Shown: positions 10,973 to 21,556 of the stretch, in pieces
Position numbering within the stretch: position 1 is the first letter of the stretch
Layout of the letters: the number at the start of each line of letters is the position of its first letter
Source: Reclinomonas americana ATCC 50394
Taxonomy: Eukaryota
NCBI GenBank assembly: GCA_048213135.1
Contig: PS015010.1
Location: 1,302,001-1,366,000, forward strand
DNA: 64,000 nucleotides
Direction: 5' to 3'
Notes under the pieces: generated by a model
Databases searched by the model: none
Told to the model about the DNA's origin: nothing
The model's input: the letters and a program-made list of their open reading frames with translations, nothing else
Program-made: the position numbers and the translations under genes

Positions 10973-11141
10973 AATTACGAATTACGAATGATCAATTACG
11001 AATTTCTTCTACAGGCAGCCTATTATAATTCGTAATTTGAAATTCGATAATAAGCGAATTACTTAAACTGAATGCCTTTACTAATAAATCAGAAAGATTG
11101 CTACTTCACGATTCGTAATTCGTAATTAATAATTCGTAATT
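10973..11141. repeat. AATTACG heptamer arrays, inverted arm pair between convergent genes
   Basis: aattacg-aattacg-aatgatc-aattacg (10973-11000), an internal cgtaatt (11031-11037), and cgtaatt-cgtaatt-aataatt-cgtaatt (11114-11141) overlapping the aminotransferase stop. Confidence 0.9.
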
Positions 11142-12330
11142 ATTTCAATGCCTCAAGCGCACTCTTAATCTTCCCAAACCCCTTCTCAATATTAGCCATA
11201 CTGTTCGCGAAGGAGATCCTGATACAGTTTGGTTCGCCAAAAGCCTTACCGGTTACGGTAGATACATGTCCTTTATTGAGCAGGTACATGCAAAGATCAT
11301 CGGCATTTTCGATCACCGTATCACCGTCTTTCTTTCCAAAATAATCGCTTACGCGGGGAAAAACATAAAAAGCACCTTCGGGTTCACTGCACTCCACGCC
11401 GGGTATCTGCGACAATAATTCCATCACCCTTTTCCTGCGGGCTGTGAATTCCTGCAGCATATGTTCCGTTGGCTTCATGTCGCCGGTAAGCGCTGTAATG
11501 GCTGCTCTTTGTGTAATAGCCGTTGCCGCGCTGGTGAATTGTCCCTGGATTTTTTCGCAGGCACGGGCCACATCCGCATGGGCGGCTATATAACCCAGGC
11601 GCCAGCCTGTCATGGCAAAACCTTTACTGAGGCCGTTTACGATCACTACCCTGTCTTTTAAGAAATCAAATTGCGCAATGCTCTCATGATGACCCACGAA
11701 GTTGATGTACTCGTAGATCTCGTCACTCATGATAAAGACGTTAGGATATTTTTTGAACACTTCCGCCAGTGCGGCCAGCTCTTCGCGGGAGTATACCGCA
11801 CCTGAAGGATTGCAGGGGGAAGAGAACATGAACAACCTGGTTTTGGGTGTAATGGCGGCTTCCAGTTCCTCCGGGGTAATTTTATAGCCGTTGCTGAGGG
11901 AGGTATTCACAAATTTCACCTCACCCTGTCCCAGTCTCACAATCTCTGAATAGGTAACCCAGTAAGGCGTGGGAATAATCACTTCATCGCCGATGTCTAC
12001 AATGCTCAGCACGGCATTGGCGATACTCTGCTTGGCACCGGTGCTGATCACGATTTGTTCCGGCGTATAGTCGAGACCGTTATCACGCTTCAGTTTTTCA
12101 CAAACCGCCTGGCGCAGGTCGAGGTAACCCGCTACGGGTGTATAATGACTGTAGTTATCATCAATTGCTTTTTTCGCCGATGCTTTGATGTGCTCGGGTG
12201 TATCGAAATCGGGTTCACCCAGGCTCAGGTCGGTAATATCAATCCCCTGTGCCCGCAGTTCCCTGCCCAGTTTGGCCATCTTTAAAGTTTCGGGTTCATT
12301 AAAGCGAAGCAGTCTTGATGATAGTTGCAT
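11140..12330 (-). CDS. PLP-dependent aminotransferase class I/II (aspartate aminotransferase-like)
   Basis: GEPDFDTP, SPCNPSG, SDEIYE, SKGFAMTGWRLGY (PLP lysine). Confidence 0.93.
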   Translation of the reverse strand: MQLSSRLLRFNEPETLKMAKLGRELRAQGIDITDLSLGEPDFDTPEHIKASAKKAIDDNYSHYTPVAGYLDLRQAVCEKLKRDNGLDYTPEQIVISTGAKQSIANAVLSIVDIGDEVIIPTPYWVTYSEIVRLGQGEVKFVNTSLSNGYKITPEELEAAITPKTRLFMFSSPCNPSGAVYSREELAALAEVFKKYPNVFIMSDEIYEYINFVGHHESIAQFDFLKDRVVIVNGLSKGFAMTGWRLGYIAAHADVARACEKIQGQFTSAATAITQRAAITALTGDMKPTEHMLQEFTARRKRVMELLSQIPGVECSEPEGAFYVFPRVSDYFGKKDGDTVIENADDLCMYLLNKGHVSTVTGKAFGEPNCIRISFANSMANIEKGFGKIKSALEALK

Positions 12331-12352
12331 TATACGTTCGTTTATGATGCTG

Positions 12353-12360
12353 CAAAATTA
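12353..12360 (-). promoter_or_regulatory. Bacteroidota -7 promoter element (TAATTTTG)
   Basis: TAnnTTTG match 22 bp upstream of the aminotransferase ATG. Confidence 0.55.
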
Positions 12361-12361
12361 G

Positions 12362-13687
12362 TTATTTATCATAGTTAAACATGAAAGAAGACAGGTCCGG
12401 TTGAATTTTCTTTTCTCTTTTCAATTCATAATCATATATCACCTGCCCCAGGTTCTTCATAAATGGATAACCGATACTGTCGTAATCGTAACGGTCATCA
12501 TTGAGTATACCATCGCTGTTGCAGTAAATGACTGCCGACAGGAAGAATTCTGTTTTATTCTTAAAATCTACTATATAGGCCACGTCAAGCATGTGCCCGT
12601 AAGCATCGCCAGACTTGCTGAAGAGCCGTATGTTTTGCGGCGCGGGACCTTTACCACCACCCACCAGCAGGAATTTGGAATAGGCCGGCGGATAGGTTGC
12701 AGTATCTGCTGAATAAGGCGGAAACCTGCTCTCCGTTGGCCATTCGCTCAAATACTGTAACACAAAACGCCTGTCATCTTCGGTGATATTGAAACGTTGA
12801 GATGCAGGTACTTTATCCGGAAAGACTACGCTGATCATAATATTATGCAGGTCTTCGAGGCTGATGCGGTTCTTCGATGAAAAATCCATCGGCCCGTTTT
12901 TTAATACCCCGCCTTTATAATAACCTTTGCCCAGGCTGTCATTTCTTTTTAAATAGGTTGATTTATTGAACTGTCCATCCTGTCGGTACAGCAGTTCATT
13001 ATTCTTTCCCAGGAACTGCACCGGGTTGGTATGACGATTTTCCGTATCACTTAAAAAGATATTCAGCCGGTGCAGTACCTGCACATCGCGGTAGCCTTTC
13101 TTATGCAACTCCGCATTAATATAATCCTGGCCCAGGAACTCGTACAACCGGTTAAAAGCATCGTTATCACTAACCAGCAGTATTTTTTTAATGTAATGAG
13201 CAATGGCAGGCCTGCCATCGGGAGTAGTGGCATCGTTATATACAGCCGTCTGCCCTGAAAAATCCGTTTCTGTGATCATGGTACTGTTGCGGTCAATACC
13301 CCGGTCTTTCAGTTCGTTCAGTTTTTGCAGCGCCAGCAGAACAATGGGCAGTTTGATGGTGGATGCCGGGTAAAAATAGCGGGCCGGGTTGGTATTGAAA
13401 TGATGGGTCTTTAATTCAGGTACACCATTGGCGCCCCGGTTCACCTGCGTATACAGGATTTGTACGTTCCAGCCCTTCCGGTTGGCCAGTACCGCGTTAA
13501 AAAGTTGTGGATATTGCTGCAGGATGGCTTCCGGCAGTTTATCGGTACGGGTACTGTCGGCCGGCACGGCTTCTGTTACAACAGCCTTATTCTCATTCAT
13601 TTGAGTGGTTTGACGGGTGGCGGAACACGACAGCAGGAAGAGCAGCGCAGCCCCAACCCGTCCGCATACAGGATATTTATACAGCAT
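12362..13687 (-). CDS. serine hydrolase, class A beta-lactamase/DD-peptidase-like fold, probable lipoprotein
   Basis: SxxK (PASTIK), SDN and KSG motifs; lipobox-like LLSC. Confidence 0.8.
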   Translation of the reverse strand: MLYKYPVCGRVGAALLFLLSCSATRQTTQMNENKAVVTEAVPADSTRTDKLPEAILQQYPQLFNAVLANRKGWNVQILYTQVNRGANGVPELKTHHFNTNPARYFYPASTIKLPIVLLALQKLNELKDRGIDRNSTMITETDFSGQTAVYNDATTPDGRPAIAHYIKKILLVSDNDAFNRLYEFLGQDYINAELHKKGYRDVQVLHRLNIFLSDTENRHTNPVQFLGKNNELLYRQDGQFNKSTYLKRNDSLGKGYYKGGVLKNGPMDFSSKNRISLEDLHNIMISVVFPDKVPASQRFNITEDDRRFVLQYLSEWPTESRFPPYSADTATYPPAYSKFLLVGGGKGPAPQNIRLFSKSGDAYGHMLDVAYIVDFKNKTEFFLSAVIYCNSDGILNDDRYDYDSIGYPFMKNLGQVIYDYELKREKKIQPDLSSFMFNYDK

Positions 13688-13760
13688 AAGCTTGATTTAC
13701 AGTGCAAAATGAGTAAAATTTGAAAATTATCCCCGCTTTAGAATCAATCGCTTTTTCCCC

Positions 13761-13768
13761 TATCTTTG
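13761..13768 (+). promoter_or_regulatory. Bacteroidota -7 promoter element (TATCTTTG) upstream of secDF
   Basis: TAnnTTTG match in intergenic region ~70 bp before the ATG. Confidence 0.6.
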
Positions 13769-13839
13769 CACACTTCGAAAAATCGAAAGTCGATCCAGAT
13801 CGAAAATTTAGAAAAAGTAGCTACTAAAAGTAATTTATT

Positions 13840-16794
13840 ATGAGACTGAAAGGTTTAGTTTGGTTTTTTACGATTGCGCTAATCGTCATATCACTCTGGG
13901 AGTTATCCTACACCTGGGTGGTTCGCAGTCACGAAAGCAGCGTAAGAGCTAAGGCTGAGAAGATCATCAAAAACACACAACCTGGTCTGAAAGCAGGCAG
14001 CCCCGATTTTAAGGCCGCCGTTGAACGTAAGGCCCAGCGCATACTCGACAGCACCAAAGACCAAAGCATCTATCCCCTCCTGGGTACATCTTACCAGAAG
14101 TGTAAACAAAACGAACTGAACCTCGGCCTTGACCTCCAGGGCGGTATTAGTGTAACCCTCGACGTTAGTCTCGTAGACCTGATCAAATCACTGAGCAACG
14201 CTCCTACCGATCCCCAGCTCATAAAAGCCCTGCAAACCGCTTCCCAGCGTAAGGCAACCAGCAATACCGACTACATCACTTTATTCAGGGACGCGTTCAT
14301 TGAACAGAATGGTCCCAACAAAATGTGGCCATTATTCGCCGGACAGGGTAAAGACGTAAAAAGTAATGCTTCTGATGCCGACGTTATCACCAGCATCCGT
14401 AAGGTAGCCAGTGGCGCCATCAAAGAAACGTATAAAGTACTTGTTAAGCGTATCGATAAATTCGGTGTAGCTTCTCCCAATATCAACCTCGACGAAAACA
14501 AAGGCATCATCAACGTAGAACTGGCCGGCGTTAACGACGTGGAAAGGGAAAGGGTACGTAAACTGTTACAGGCTTCGGCTCACCTCCAGTTCTGGGAAGT
14601 ATACAACCTGGAAGAACTGGGCAACTCTATCCAGCTGGCCGACCAGTCGCTGCACAACTACCTTAATGGTGTTGCCAGTGACAGCGCTGCCGCTAAAGAC
14701 ACAACACTGAAAGCAAAAAATGCCAACCCGCTGCTGCGTTTGATCAATATCAACCAGCCTCAGCAGGACAAGACCGGCAAAGTATACTATCCTGCCGCTA
14801 TCGGTAATGTATTACTGAAAGACACCGCCCTGTATTTCGAATATATGAATACAGACGCCGTTAAAACCGCTTTCCCTGCCAATTGCAAATTCCTTTTCGG
14901 TGTAGAACAGAAAGGTGATAAAGGCGACAGGTTCTATCCATTATATGCCGTTAAAACACAACCCGGCACCGATAAAGCGCCGCTCGAAGGTGAAGGTGTG
15001 GAAGAAGCCCGCCAGGATTATGATGAGAAAGGAAGTCCTGCCATTAAAATGGTGATGACCCCAAGCGGCGCCCGTACCTGGGCCAGGCTCACCGGAAAGA
15101 ATGTAGGCAGGCCTATTGCTATCGCACTTGACGACATCGTATATTCTGCTCCTAATGTAAACGGACCTATCGAAGGTGGTAATTCCGAAATATCCGGCAG
15201 CTTCTCTGTAGAAGAAGCGCAGGATCTGGCCAATACCCTTAAATCAGGTAAAGTAAATGCTCCGGGCAAGATCGTTGCCGAGCAGGTGATCGGGCCAACC
15301 CTCGGTAAAGAAGCCGTAAGGGGTGGTGCTATGTCATTCATCATCGCATTCGTGATCATTTTCATACTCATGCTGTTATACTATAATACCGGTGGTTGGG
15401 TAGCGAATATCTCTTTAATACTGAACTTACTGTTCACCATCGGTGTACTGACGGCCCTGGGCTTTACGCTCACTGCTGCTGGTATCGCCGGCCTGGTACT
15501 GACCATTGGTATGGCCGTGGATACGAACGTTATCATCTTCGAACGTATCAAGGACGAGCTCACCAAGGGTAAAACGTACCAGCAGGCTGTGAACGACGGT
15601 TACAGGCGTTCTTTACCTCCTGTTATCGATGCGCACGTAACCACTTTGCTTACTGCCATCATCCTGGCCTACTTCGGCCTGGGTCCTGTACTGGGCTTCG
15701 CCACAACACAGATCATCGGTATCCTGCTGTCCCTGTTCTGCGGTATCCTCGTATCAAGGCTCATCTCCGATTTCTGGACCAACAAACAAAGGCACTTTAA
15801 CTACTTTACCGGTATTTCTAAAAAGATCTTCAAGCACGCCAGCTTCAAGTTCATTGAATACCGTAAAATAGCCTATATCATTTCCATCGTTGTACTGCTG
15901 CTGGGTGTGGCTTCCTTCTTCAATGGCTTCCACCAGGGTGTGGAATTCAAAGGTGGCCGCAGCTATACCGTTAAGTTCGACAGGGAAGTGAAAAATTCAG
16001 ATGTTCAGGACGACCTGAAAGCAGCGTTTGAAGGCGATTTCCCGCTGATTAAAACCGTTGGCGGACCTACTCAGCTCAACATCACCACCGCTTACCTGAA
16101 AGGTAACGAAGGCGCCGACAGCCTGGTGAGGAGGAAACTGTACGAAGGTTTGAAAAAGGTGTTACCTGCCAACCTGACTTACGAAGATTTTGAAAAGAAC
16201 AAATACATCCAGGGGTCATCTACCGTATTGCCCAGCATTTCGGAAGACCTGAAGGCCGGTGCCGTTAAAGCCACCATCTTCGCTATCCTGATCATCTTCC
16301 TGTACATCTTCATCCGTTTCCGCGACTGGAGGTATTCAGTAGGTACCATTGTAGCCCTGCTGCATGACGTGTTTGTAACACTGGCCGTGTTCTCGTTCTT
16401 CAAGAACATTGTACCGTTCCCGCTCGAGATCGACCAGCACTTTATCGCGGCCATCCTTACCGTTATCGGTTTCTCCATGAATGATACCGTTATCGTATTC
16501 GACAGGGTTCGTGAATACAGTGCCAACGACCGCACAGGCGATAAAAAATCGCTCATCAACAGGGCCATCAATGATACGCTGAGCCGTACCATTATGACAT
16601 CCCTCACGGTGTTCCTGACCCTGCTTATCCTCTTCATCTTCGGTGGTGAGGTAACAAGGGGCTTCGCTTTCGCGATGCTGATCGGTGTTATTACCGGTAC
16701 TTACTCCTCTATTTTCGTAGCCGCTCCTATCCTCGTCGACCTCGGCAAAGGCAAGGCGCTCTCCAAAGCAGAGGCGAAAGAAACCAAAGCTTAA
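13840..16794 (+). CDS. secDF: protein translocase subunit SecDF (fused)
   Basis: LGLDLQGG, GMAVDTNVIIFERI, GVEFKGG, GFSMNDTVIVFDR motifs. Confidence 0.97.
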   Translation: MRLKGLVWFFTIALIVISLWELSYTWVVRSHESSVRAKAEKIIKNTQPGLKAGSPDFKAAVERKAQRILDSTKDQSIYPLLGTSYQKCKQNELNLGLDLQGGISVTLDVSLVDLIKSLSNAPTDPQLIKALQTASQRKATSNTDYITLFRDAFIEQNGPNKMWPLFAGQGKDVKSNASDADVITSIRKVASGAIKETYKVLVKRIDKFGVASPNINLDENKGIINVELAGVNDVERERVRKLLQASAHLQFWEVYNLEELGNSIQLADQSLHNYLNGVASDSAAAKDTTLKAKNANPLLRLININQPQQDKTGKVYYPAAIGNVLLKDTALYFEYMNTDAVKTAFPANCKFLFGVEQKGDKGDRFYPLYAVKTQPGTDKAPLEGEGVEEARQDYDEKGSPAIKMVMTPSGARTWARLTGKNVGRPIAIALDDIVYSAPNVNGPIEGGNSEISGSFSVEEAQDLANTLKSGKVNAPGKIVAEQVIGPTLGKEAVRGGAMSFIIAFVIIFILMLLYYNTGGWVANISLILNLLFTIGVLTALGFTLTAAGIAGLVLTIGMAVDTNVIIFERIKDELTKGKTYQQAVNDGYRRSLPPVIDAHVTTLLTAIILAYFGLGPVLGFATTQIIGILLSLFCGILVSRLISDFWTNKQRHFNYFTGISKKIFKHASFKFIEYRKIAYIISIVVLLLGVASFFNGFHQGVEFKGGRSYTVKFDREVKNSDVQDDLKAAFEGDFPLIKTVGGPTQLNITTAYLKGNEGADSLVRRKLYEGLKKVLPANLTYEDFEKNKYIQGSSTVLPSISEDLKAGAVKATIFAILIIFLYIFIRFRDWRYSVGTIVALLHDVFVTLAVFSFFKNIVPFPLEIDQHFIAAILTVIGFSMNDTVIVFDRVREYSANDRTGDKKSLINRAINDTLSRTIMTSLTVFLTLLILFIFGGEVTRGFAFAMLIGVITGTYSSIFVAAPILVDLGKGKALSKAEAKETKA

Positions 16795-16813
16795 TCACCT
16801 CACTAACAAATAC

Positions 16814-16848
16814 AAAGAAGCCCGTTTTAAAAACGGGCTTCTTTTTTT
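16814..16848 (+). terminator. intrinsic terminator after secDF
   Basis: aaagaagcccgtttt/aaaacgggcttcttt hairpin followed by a T-run. Confidence 0.85.
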
Positions 16849-16916
16849 ATAATAATCTCCGATAAAATGAAAAGAAATAACTCCTACACCTGGCATTCTG
16901 TCTGTCCTGACAAAGG

Positions 16917-16951
16917 AATTACAAAATCAAAAACATTCGTAATTCGTAATT
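16917..16951. repeat. short AATTACG heptamer array
   Basis: aattaca at 16917 and cgtaatt-cgtaatt at 16938-16951, 2 bp past the IscA-like stop. Confidence 0.75.
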
Positions 16952-16953
16952 AT

Positions 16954-17301
16954 TTACACTGCAAAACTCGTCCCGCAACCGCAAGTCTTGCTTGCATTCG
17001 GGTTGTTAAAAGTGAACCCGCGTGAGTTCAGTCCGCCCTGCCAGTCAATCTCCATACCCATCAGGTAAATGCCATGCGATTTTTCCATGATGCAGGGGAT
17101 GCCTTCAATATCAAACTGCTCGTCTTTTTCTGTTGGCGTATCAAAACCCAGCACATAGGTCATGCCGCTGCAGCCGCCACCCTTTACTCCAATGCGGAGG
17201 CGATGGGTCGTATCGAACCCTTCCTGTTCCATCAGTCGTTTCAGTTCCTGCACCGCCGAAGCCGTAAGGCTCACCGAAGATGTTGCTGTACCTGTACTCA
17301 T
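16954..17301 (-). CDS. HesB/IscA-family Fe-S cluster carrier
   Basis: GGGCSG and CGCGTSF motifs; start reassigned to MSTG. Confidence 0.93.
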   Translation of the reverse strand: MSTGTATSSVSLTASAVQELKRLMEQEGFDTTHRLRIGVKGGGCSGMTYVLGFDTPTEKDEQFDIEGIPCIMEKSHGIYLMGMEIDWQGGLNSRGFTFNNPNASKTCGCGTSFAV

Positions 17302-17460
17302 AGTCTTCTTTTTTACAAAATTAGGTAATCCCGGCAAAATGGGTTTACGAGATGAGTAAAGTAGTACCCTGCCCCCTGTCTTGTATCCGGCATCCGCTAT
17401 CTTACACCCGGTATTCCTTCTCAACCTTTATACCTGTATCTTTGCTGCAAACTCATACTC

Positions 17461-17979
17461 ATGGAATTATCATCCGGCGCGGTTCAGAACATCATTTTAG
17501 GCGCCATCTTCGCTTTCTTCATCGCCATAGCCTGGCTGCTGGCCGAATTCAAAGGTATGAAGGATGAAATGCGGGAACGGTTCGGTATCAATAACGAGAC
17601 CATCAAACTCAAACTGCAGGCTTATGAGCGGCTGACGCTGTTCGCAGAAAGGGCTTCTCTTAAAAACCTGGTGTCCCGCACTCCTTACGCCGGACTGACT
17701 GTTGTGGGGCTGCAGATCGAGCTCATCGACGCCATCAAAAGCGAGTATGAATATAATGTGAGCCAGCAGATCTACTGTACTCCCGACATGTGGAAAGCCG
17801 TAGGCAACCTGCGTGACCAGAATATTTACATCATCAACCAGTTGGCCGCTATGCTGCCGCCACAGGCCGAGGGTATTGAACTGAGTAAAAGAATCCTGGA
17901 ATACGCCGCCAACAATAACGCCGATCTCAGTTCCGTGGTGCTCAGCGCCCTGCAGTTTGAAGCTAAAAAAGTACTGTAA
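17461..17979 (+). CDS. hypothetical membrane-anchored protein
   Basis: 172-aa ORF, N-terminal TM helix, LQAYERLTLF segment, TATCTTTG promoter element at 17437-17444. Confidence 0.7.
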   Translation: MELSSGAVQNIILGAIFAFFIAIAWLLAEFKGMKDEMRERFGINNETIKLKLQAYERLTLFAERASLKNLVSRTPYAGLTVVGLQIELIDAIKSEYEYNVSQQIYCTPDMWKAVGNLRDQNIYIINQLAAMLPPQAEGIELSKRILEYAANNNADLSSVVLSALQFEAKKVL

Positions 17980-17992
17980 GCCCGCTTACACC

Positions 17993-18036
17993 NNNNNNNN
18001 NNNNNNNNNNNNNNNNNNNNNNNNNNNNNNNNNNNN
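17993..18036. other. assembly gap
   Basis: run of N. Confidence 1.
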
Positions 18037-18060
18037 GATTGTTCATGCTAATTGTCACTT

Positions 18061-19614
18061 ATGTCTGCCGATAAAACCATTCTTACCGATTCCGGTATCG
18101 AAATAAAGCAACTCTATACACAGCCGCTTCCAATGGAGGAGCAGCCCGGCCAATACCCTTACACCCGGGGCGTACAGCCTGATATGTACCGCGGCAAACT
18201 CTGGACCATGCGCCAGTACGCCGGTTTTTCCACCGCGGAAGAAAGTAATAAACGCTATCACTACCTGCTGGGCCAGGGTGTAAGCGGACTCAGTGTGGCA
18301 TTCGACCTGCCCACGCAGATCGGTTACGACAGTGATCATCACCTGGCCGATGGCGAGGTAGGTAAAGTGGGTGTAGCCATCGACAGCCTTGAAGACATAG
18401 AAACACTTTTCAAAGGCATCCGCCTTGAGGAGGTGAGTACGTCCATGACCATTAATGCCAGCGGTTTTATTTTGCTGGCACTGTATGTGGCACTGGCCAA
18501 AAAACAGGGTGCCGACCTCAATAAGATCAGTGGTACCATACAGAACGATATTTTAAAAGAATACGCCGCAAGGGGTACTTATATTTATCCTCCCAAGGCG
18601 TCTATGCGCATCATTACCGATATTTTTGAATGGTGTGCCGCGGAAGTGCCCAAATGGAACACCATCTCCATCAGTGGTTACCATATCCGCGAAGCGGGCA
18701 GCACGGCCGTACAGGAGATCGCCTTTACCCTCAGTAATGGTAAGGCCTACGTAAAAGCCGCTCTCGAAAAAGGGCTCGACATCAATGTATTTGGCAAACG
18801 CCTCTCCTTCTTTTTCAATGCCCACAATAATTTATTTGAAGAAGTGGCCAAGTTCAGGGCCGCACGCCGCATGTGGGCGCAGATCATGAAAGAATTGGGC
18901 GCCACCGATCCCAAAGCCATGATGCTCCGCTTCCATACGCAAACAGGCGGCAGCACCCTTACCGCACAACAGCCCTTCAACAATATCTGCCGGGTAACCG
19001 TGCAAACCCTGGCCGCCGTATTGGGAGGTACCCAATCGCTGCACACCAATGGTTATGATGAAGCCCTGAGTCTGCCTACGGAAGAAGCCGCCCGTATTGC
19101 CCTGCGCACCCAGCAGATCGTAGCTTACGAAAGCGGCGCCCCCGAAACGGTTGACCCGCTTGCCGGCAGCTTTTTCGTGGAATCGCTAACCAATGAAGTG
19201 GAAACCGCCGCCTGGCAACTGGTACAGAAGATCGATGCTATGGGCGGAAGCGTGGCCGCCATTGAGGCCGGCTTCATGCAGGATGAGATCGCCCGCAGCG
19301 CTTACGAATACCAGCGGCATATCGAGACCGGTGAAAAGATCATTGTGGGCGTAAATAAATTCCAGGTGAATGAAGACCAGTCCATCCCTGTATTTAAAAT
19401 CGACGACAGCATACAAACCGTACAGACCAATAAACTGAAAGACCTCAGGTCACGCCGCGATAATACAAAAGCCAGCGCATCACTCCAATCGCTGAAGGAA
19501 CGTGCCCTGGATGGCCGCAACCTGATGCCCGCTGTGGTAGAAGCGGTAGAGAACTATTGTACATTGGGTGAAATAGCGGATGAGCTGAGGAAAGTGTTTG
19601 GGGAGTATAAGTAA
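18061..19614 (+). CDS. methylmalonyl-CoA mutase family, substrate-binding (large) subunit without B12-binding domain
   Basis: [44 protein letters not shown]; no DxHxxG domain. Confidence 0.92.
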   Translation: MSADKTILTDSGIEIKQLYTQPLPMEEQPGQYPYTRGVQPDMYRGKLWTMRQYAGFSTAEESNKRYHYLLGQGVSGLSVAFDLPTQIGYDSDHHLADGEVGKVGVAIDSLEDIETLFKGIRLEEVSTSMTINASGFILLALYVALAKKQGADLNKISGTIQNDILKEYAARGTYIYPPKASMRIITDIFEWCAAEVPKWNTISISGYHIREAGSTAVQEIAFTLSNGKAYVKAALEKGLDINVFGKRLSFFFNAHNNLFEEVAKFRAARRMWAQIMKELGATDPKAMMLRFHTQTGGSTLTAQQPFNNICRVTVQTLAAVLGGTQSLHTNGYDEALSLPTEEAARIALRTQQIVAYESGAPETVDPLAGSFFVESLTNEVETAAWQLVQKIDAMGGSVAAIEAGFMQDEIARSAYEYQRHIETGEKIIVGVNKFQVNEDQSIPVFKIDDSIQTVQTNKLKDLRSRRDNTKASASLQSLKERALDGRNLMPAVVEAVENYCTLGEIADELRKVFGEYK

Positions 19615-19731
19615 TGAAGTTTATCGGTACAGATAAGTAATTGGCAGTTTGGCAAAATTTGTATCTTACGAGTGCACGGCCTATAGTTAAATACCGTGGT
19701 TACGATCATTGCTAACTAATACTTAACGATC

Positions 19732-20103
19732 ATGCAACTTGGCGCATTCTCCATTAGTCTCAGTGTAAAAGACATCCATGCTTCCAAAGCATTTTACGAA
19801 ACCCTGGGATTCACTACCCTTGGCGGTAATATAGAAAAGAACTGGCTGATCCTTAAGAACGGGCAAACGGTTATCGGGTTGTTCCAGGGCATGTTTCCCA
19901 ATAACATTTTAACTTTCAATCCCGGCTGGGATCAAAATGCCGCTAACATGGAATCATTCGATGATGTGCGCCAGATACAACAGCATCTCAAAAGTAACGG
20001 CATCACTTTAGTTTCAGAAGCCGATGAAAGCACAACCGGTCCTGCCAGTTTTATGGTGACCGACCCGGATGGTAATACCATTTTATTTGACCAGCACAGA
20101 TGA
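19732..20103 (+). CDS. VOC/glyoxalase-family protein
   Basis: VKDIHASKAFYETLGF and DPDGN motifs. Confidence 0.88.
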   Translation: MQLGAFSISLSVKDIHASKAFYETLGFTTLGGNIEKNWLILKNGQTVIGLFQGMFPNNILTFNPGWDQNAANMESFDDVRQIQQHLKSNGITLVSEADESTTGPASFMVTDPDGNTILFDQHR

Positions 20104-20111
20104 TCTTACCG

Positions 20112-20636
20112 ATGAAGAAGATCCTGTTTATTGCTATAGCGATGACAATGGCAGTTGTACATTCGCAGGCACAGGCTGATTCTGCCTTGTTGCCTCCTGT
20201 GCATTTTAAGTACTTAAGAAATATCTACAACCCGCAAACCCGCACCAGTAACATTTCTTACGACTATTCCGGAGAGTGGGATTTTGACGGAGATCACATC
20301 AATGACACCCTGCTCTTTATCGGTAACGGCGGTGCGCATGTTTATTTTTACCCGAAGATCGTCCTCAGTTCCAATAAGCGGACATGGAGTTTTCCTTCTT
20401 TCCAGTTGGATATGCCCTACATTTCCGGTACTATGGAGACGATAAAAAAAGGCCGTACCCAGGCTGCCGTACAACTGTTTGCCGGGGATTTTAATGGCGA
20501 CAGCATCACCGACATCTACCTAAATTTCGATAACCCTTTTGGCTCCATTCCTAAAGCCTGGAAACTTTCCGGCATTACACAAAGACGGGTGATCCTGAGT
20601 TTCAACCGTGGAAATATCAGCGTGAGTAATTACTAA
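20112..20636 (+). CDS. hypothetical secreted protein with two DxDGD-type motifs
   Basis: signal peptide; DFDGDHIND and GDFNGDSITD (FG-GAP-like). Confidence 0.65.
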   Translation: MKKILFIAIAMTMAVVHSQAQADSALLPPVHFKYLRNIYNPQTRTSNISYDYSGEWDFDGDHINDTLLFIGNGGAHVYFYPKIVLSSNKRTWSFPSFQLDMPYISGTMETIKKGRTQAAVQLFAGDFNGDSITDIYLNFDNPFGSIPKAWKLSGITQRRVILSFNRGNISVSNY

Positions 20637-20708
20637 AGTCCATTTCCAATACAAGTGCATTTTTAAAAATTAAGGCCTCTCATCTAAAATAATTTTCAGA
20701 AAAATTTG

Positions 20709-20752
20709 CGCAAGCAATTACTTGCGTTTATATTTGCAAGCAAACACTTGCA
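20709..20752. promoter_or_regulatory. tandem palindromic operators (GCAAG-N6-CTTGC x2) flanking a TATATTTG promoter element
   Basis: cgcaag-caatta-cttgcg (20709-20726) and tgcaag-caaaca-cttgca (20735-20752) directly upstream of the ArsR ATG. Confidence 0.75.
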
Positions 20753-20756
20753 CATT

Positions 20757-21113
20757 ATGGAAGCCCGAAGAGATGTTTTCCAGGCCATTGCCGACCCCAC
20801 CCGCAGGCAGATCATTGGCCTGCTGGTACAGCAACCCCTCAATGTAAACAGCATTGCCGATAAATTCAATGTAACCCGCCAGGCCGTTTCCCTGCATGTG
20901 AAGATCCTTACAGAATGCGGACTCATCATGATCCGGCAGCAGGGCCGCGAACGATATTGTGAAGCCCGGCTAGAAGGACTCGGCGAAGTTGCCGGATGGA
21001 TAGAACAATACCGCCAGTTCTTCGAGAACAAACTCGATGCATTGGAACTTTACCTCGATGATCTTCAAAAAAATAAAAAATATGCAAAACGAAACAAACA
21101 ACACCGCAGATAG
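20757..21113 (+). CDS. ArsR/SmtB-family transcriptional regulator
   Basis: DVFQAIADPTRRQII, TRQAVSLH helix-turn-helix, GRERY wing. Confidence 0.92.
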   Translation: MEARRDVFQAIADPTRRQIIGLLVQQPLNVNSIADKFNVTRQAVSLHVKILTECGLIMIRQQGRERYCEARLEGLGEVAGWIEQYRQFFENKLDALELYLDDLQKNKKYAKRNKQHRR

Positions 21114-21546
21114 GGAACTCAGGATATCCCGCCTCCTGAACGCCCCGGTAGAACTGGTTTGGGAAGTATGGACCAACCCGGAACATATTAAAAACTGGTG
21201 GGGCCCCAACGGTTTCAGCAATACCATCACCAAAATGGATATGGTTCCCGGCGGTGAATGGGACCTTATTATGCACGGTCCCGATGGGACGGATTATAAG
21301 AACAAAAGCGTGTTCAGGGAAGTGGTCAAATATAAGAGGATCGTGTATCAACACGTTACTGCCCCAAAATTCGTCACCACCATCGAGTTTGAAGAACGCG
21401 GTGATACCACTTTCCTCAGCTGGCATATGTTATTTGAAAGCAGGGAACAGTTCATCCAGGTCGTTAAAACATTCAAAGCCGATGAGGGACTTAAACAGAA
21501 CGTAGACAAACTGGTCGCCTATCTTGCTCAACGCGGCAATGGTTAA
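21082..21546 (+). CDS. SRPBCC/AHSA1-domain protein
   Basis: NAPVELVWEVWTNPEHIKNWWGP; typical partner of ArsR. Confidence 0.9.
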   Translation: MQNETNNTADRELRISRLLNAPVELVWEVWTNPEHIKNWWGPNGFSNTITKMDMVPGGEWDLIMHGPDGTDYKNKSVFREVVKYKRIVYQHVTAPKFVTTIEFEERGDTTFLSWHMLFESREQFIQVVKTFKADEGLKQNVDKLVAYLAQRGNG

Positions 21547-21556
21547 AACCAACGTA

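Noticed and set aside
12362-13687. Antibiotic resistance beta-lactamase
   Set aside because: It has SxxK/SDN/KSG motifs but is much longer than class A enzymes and sits among housekeeping genes; resistance function is unsupported.
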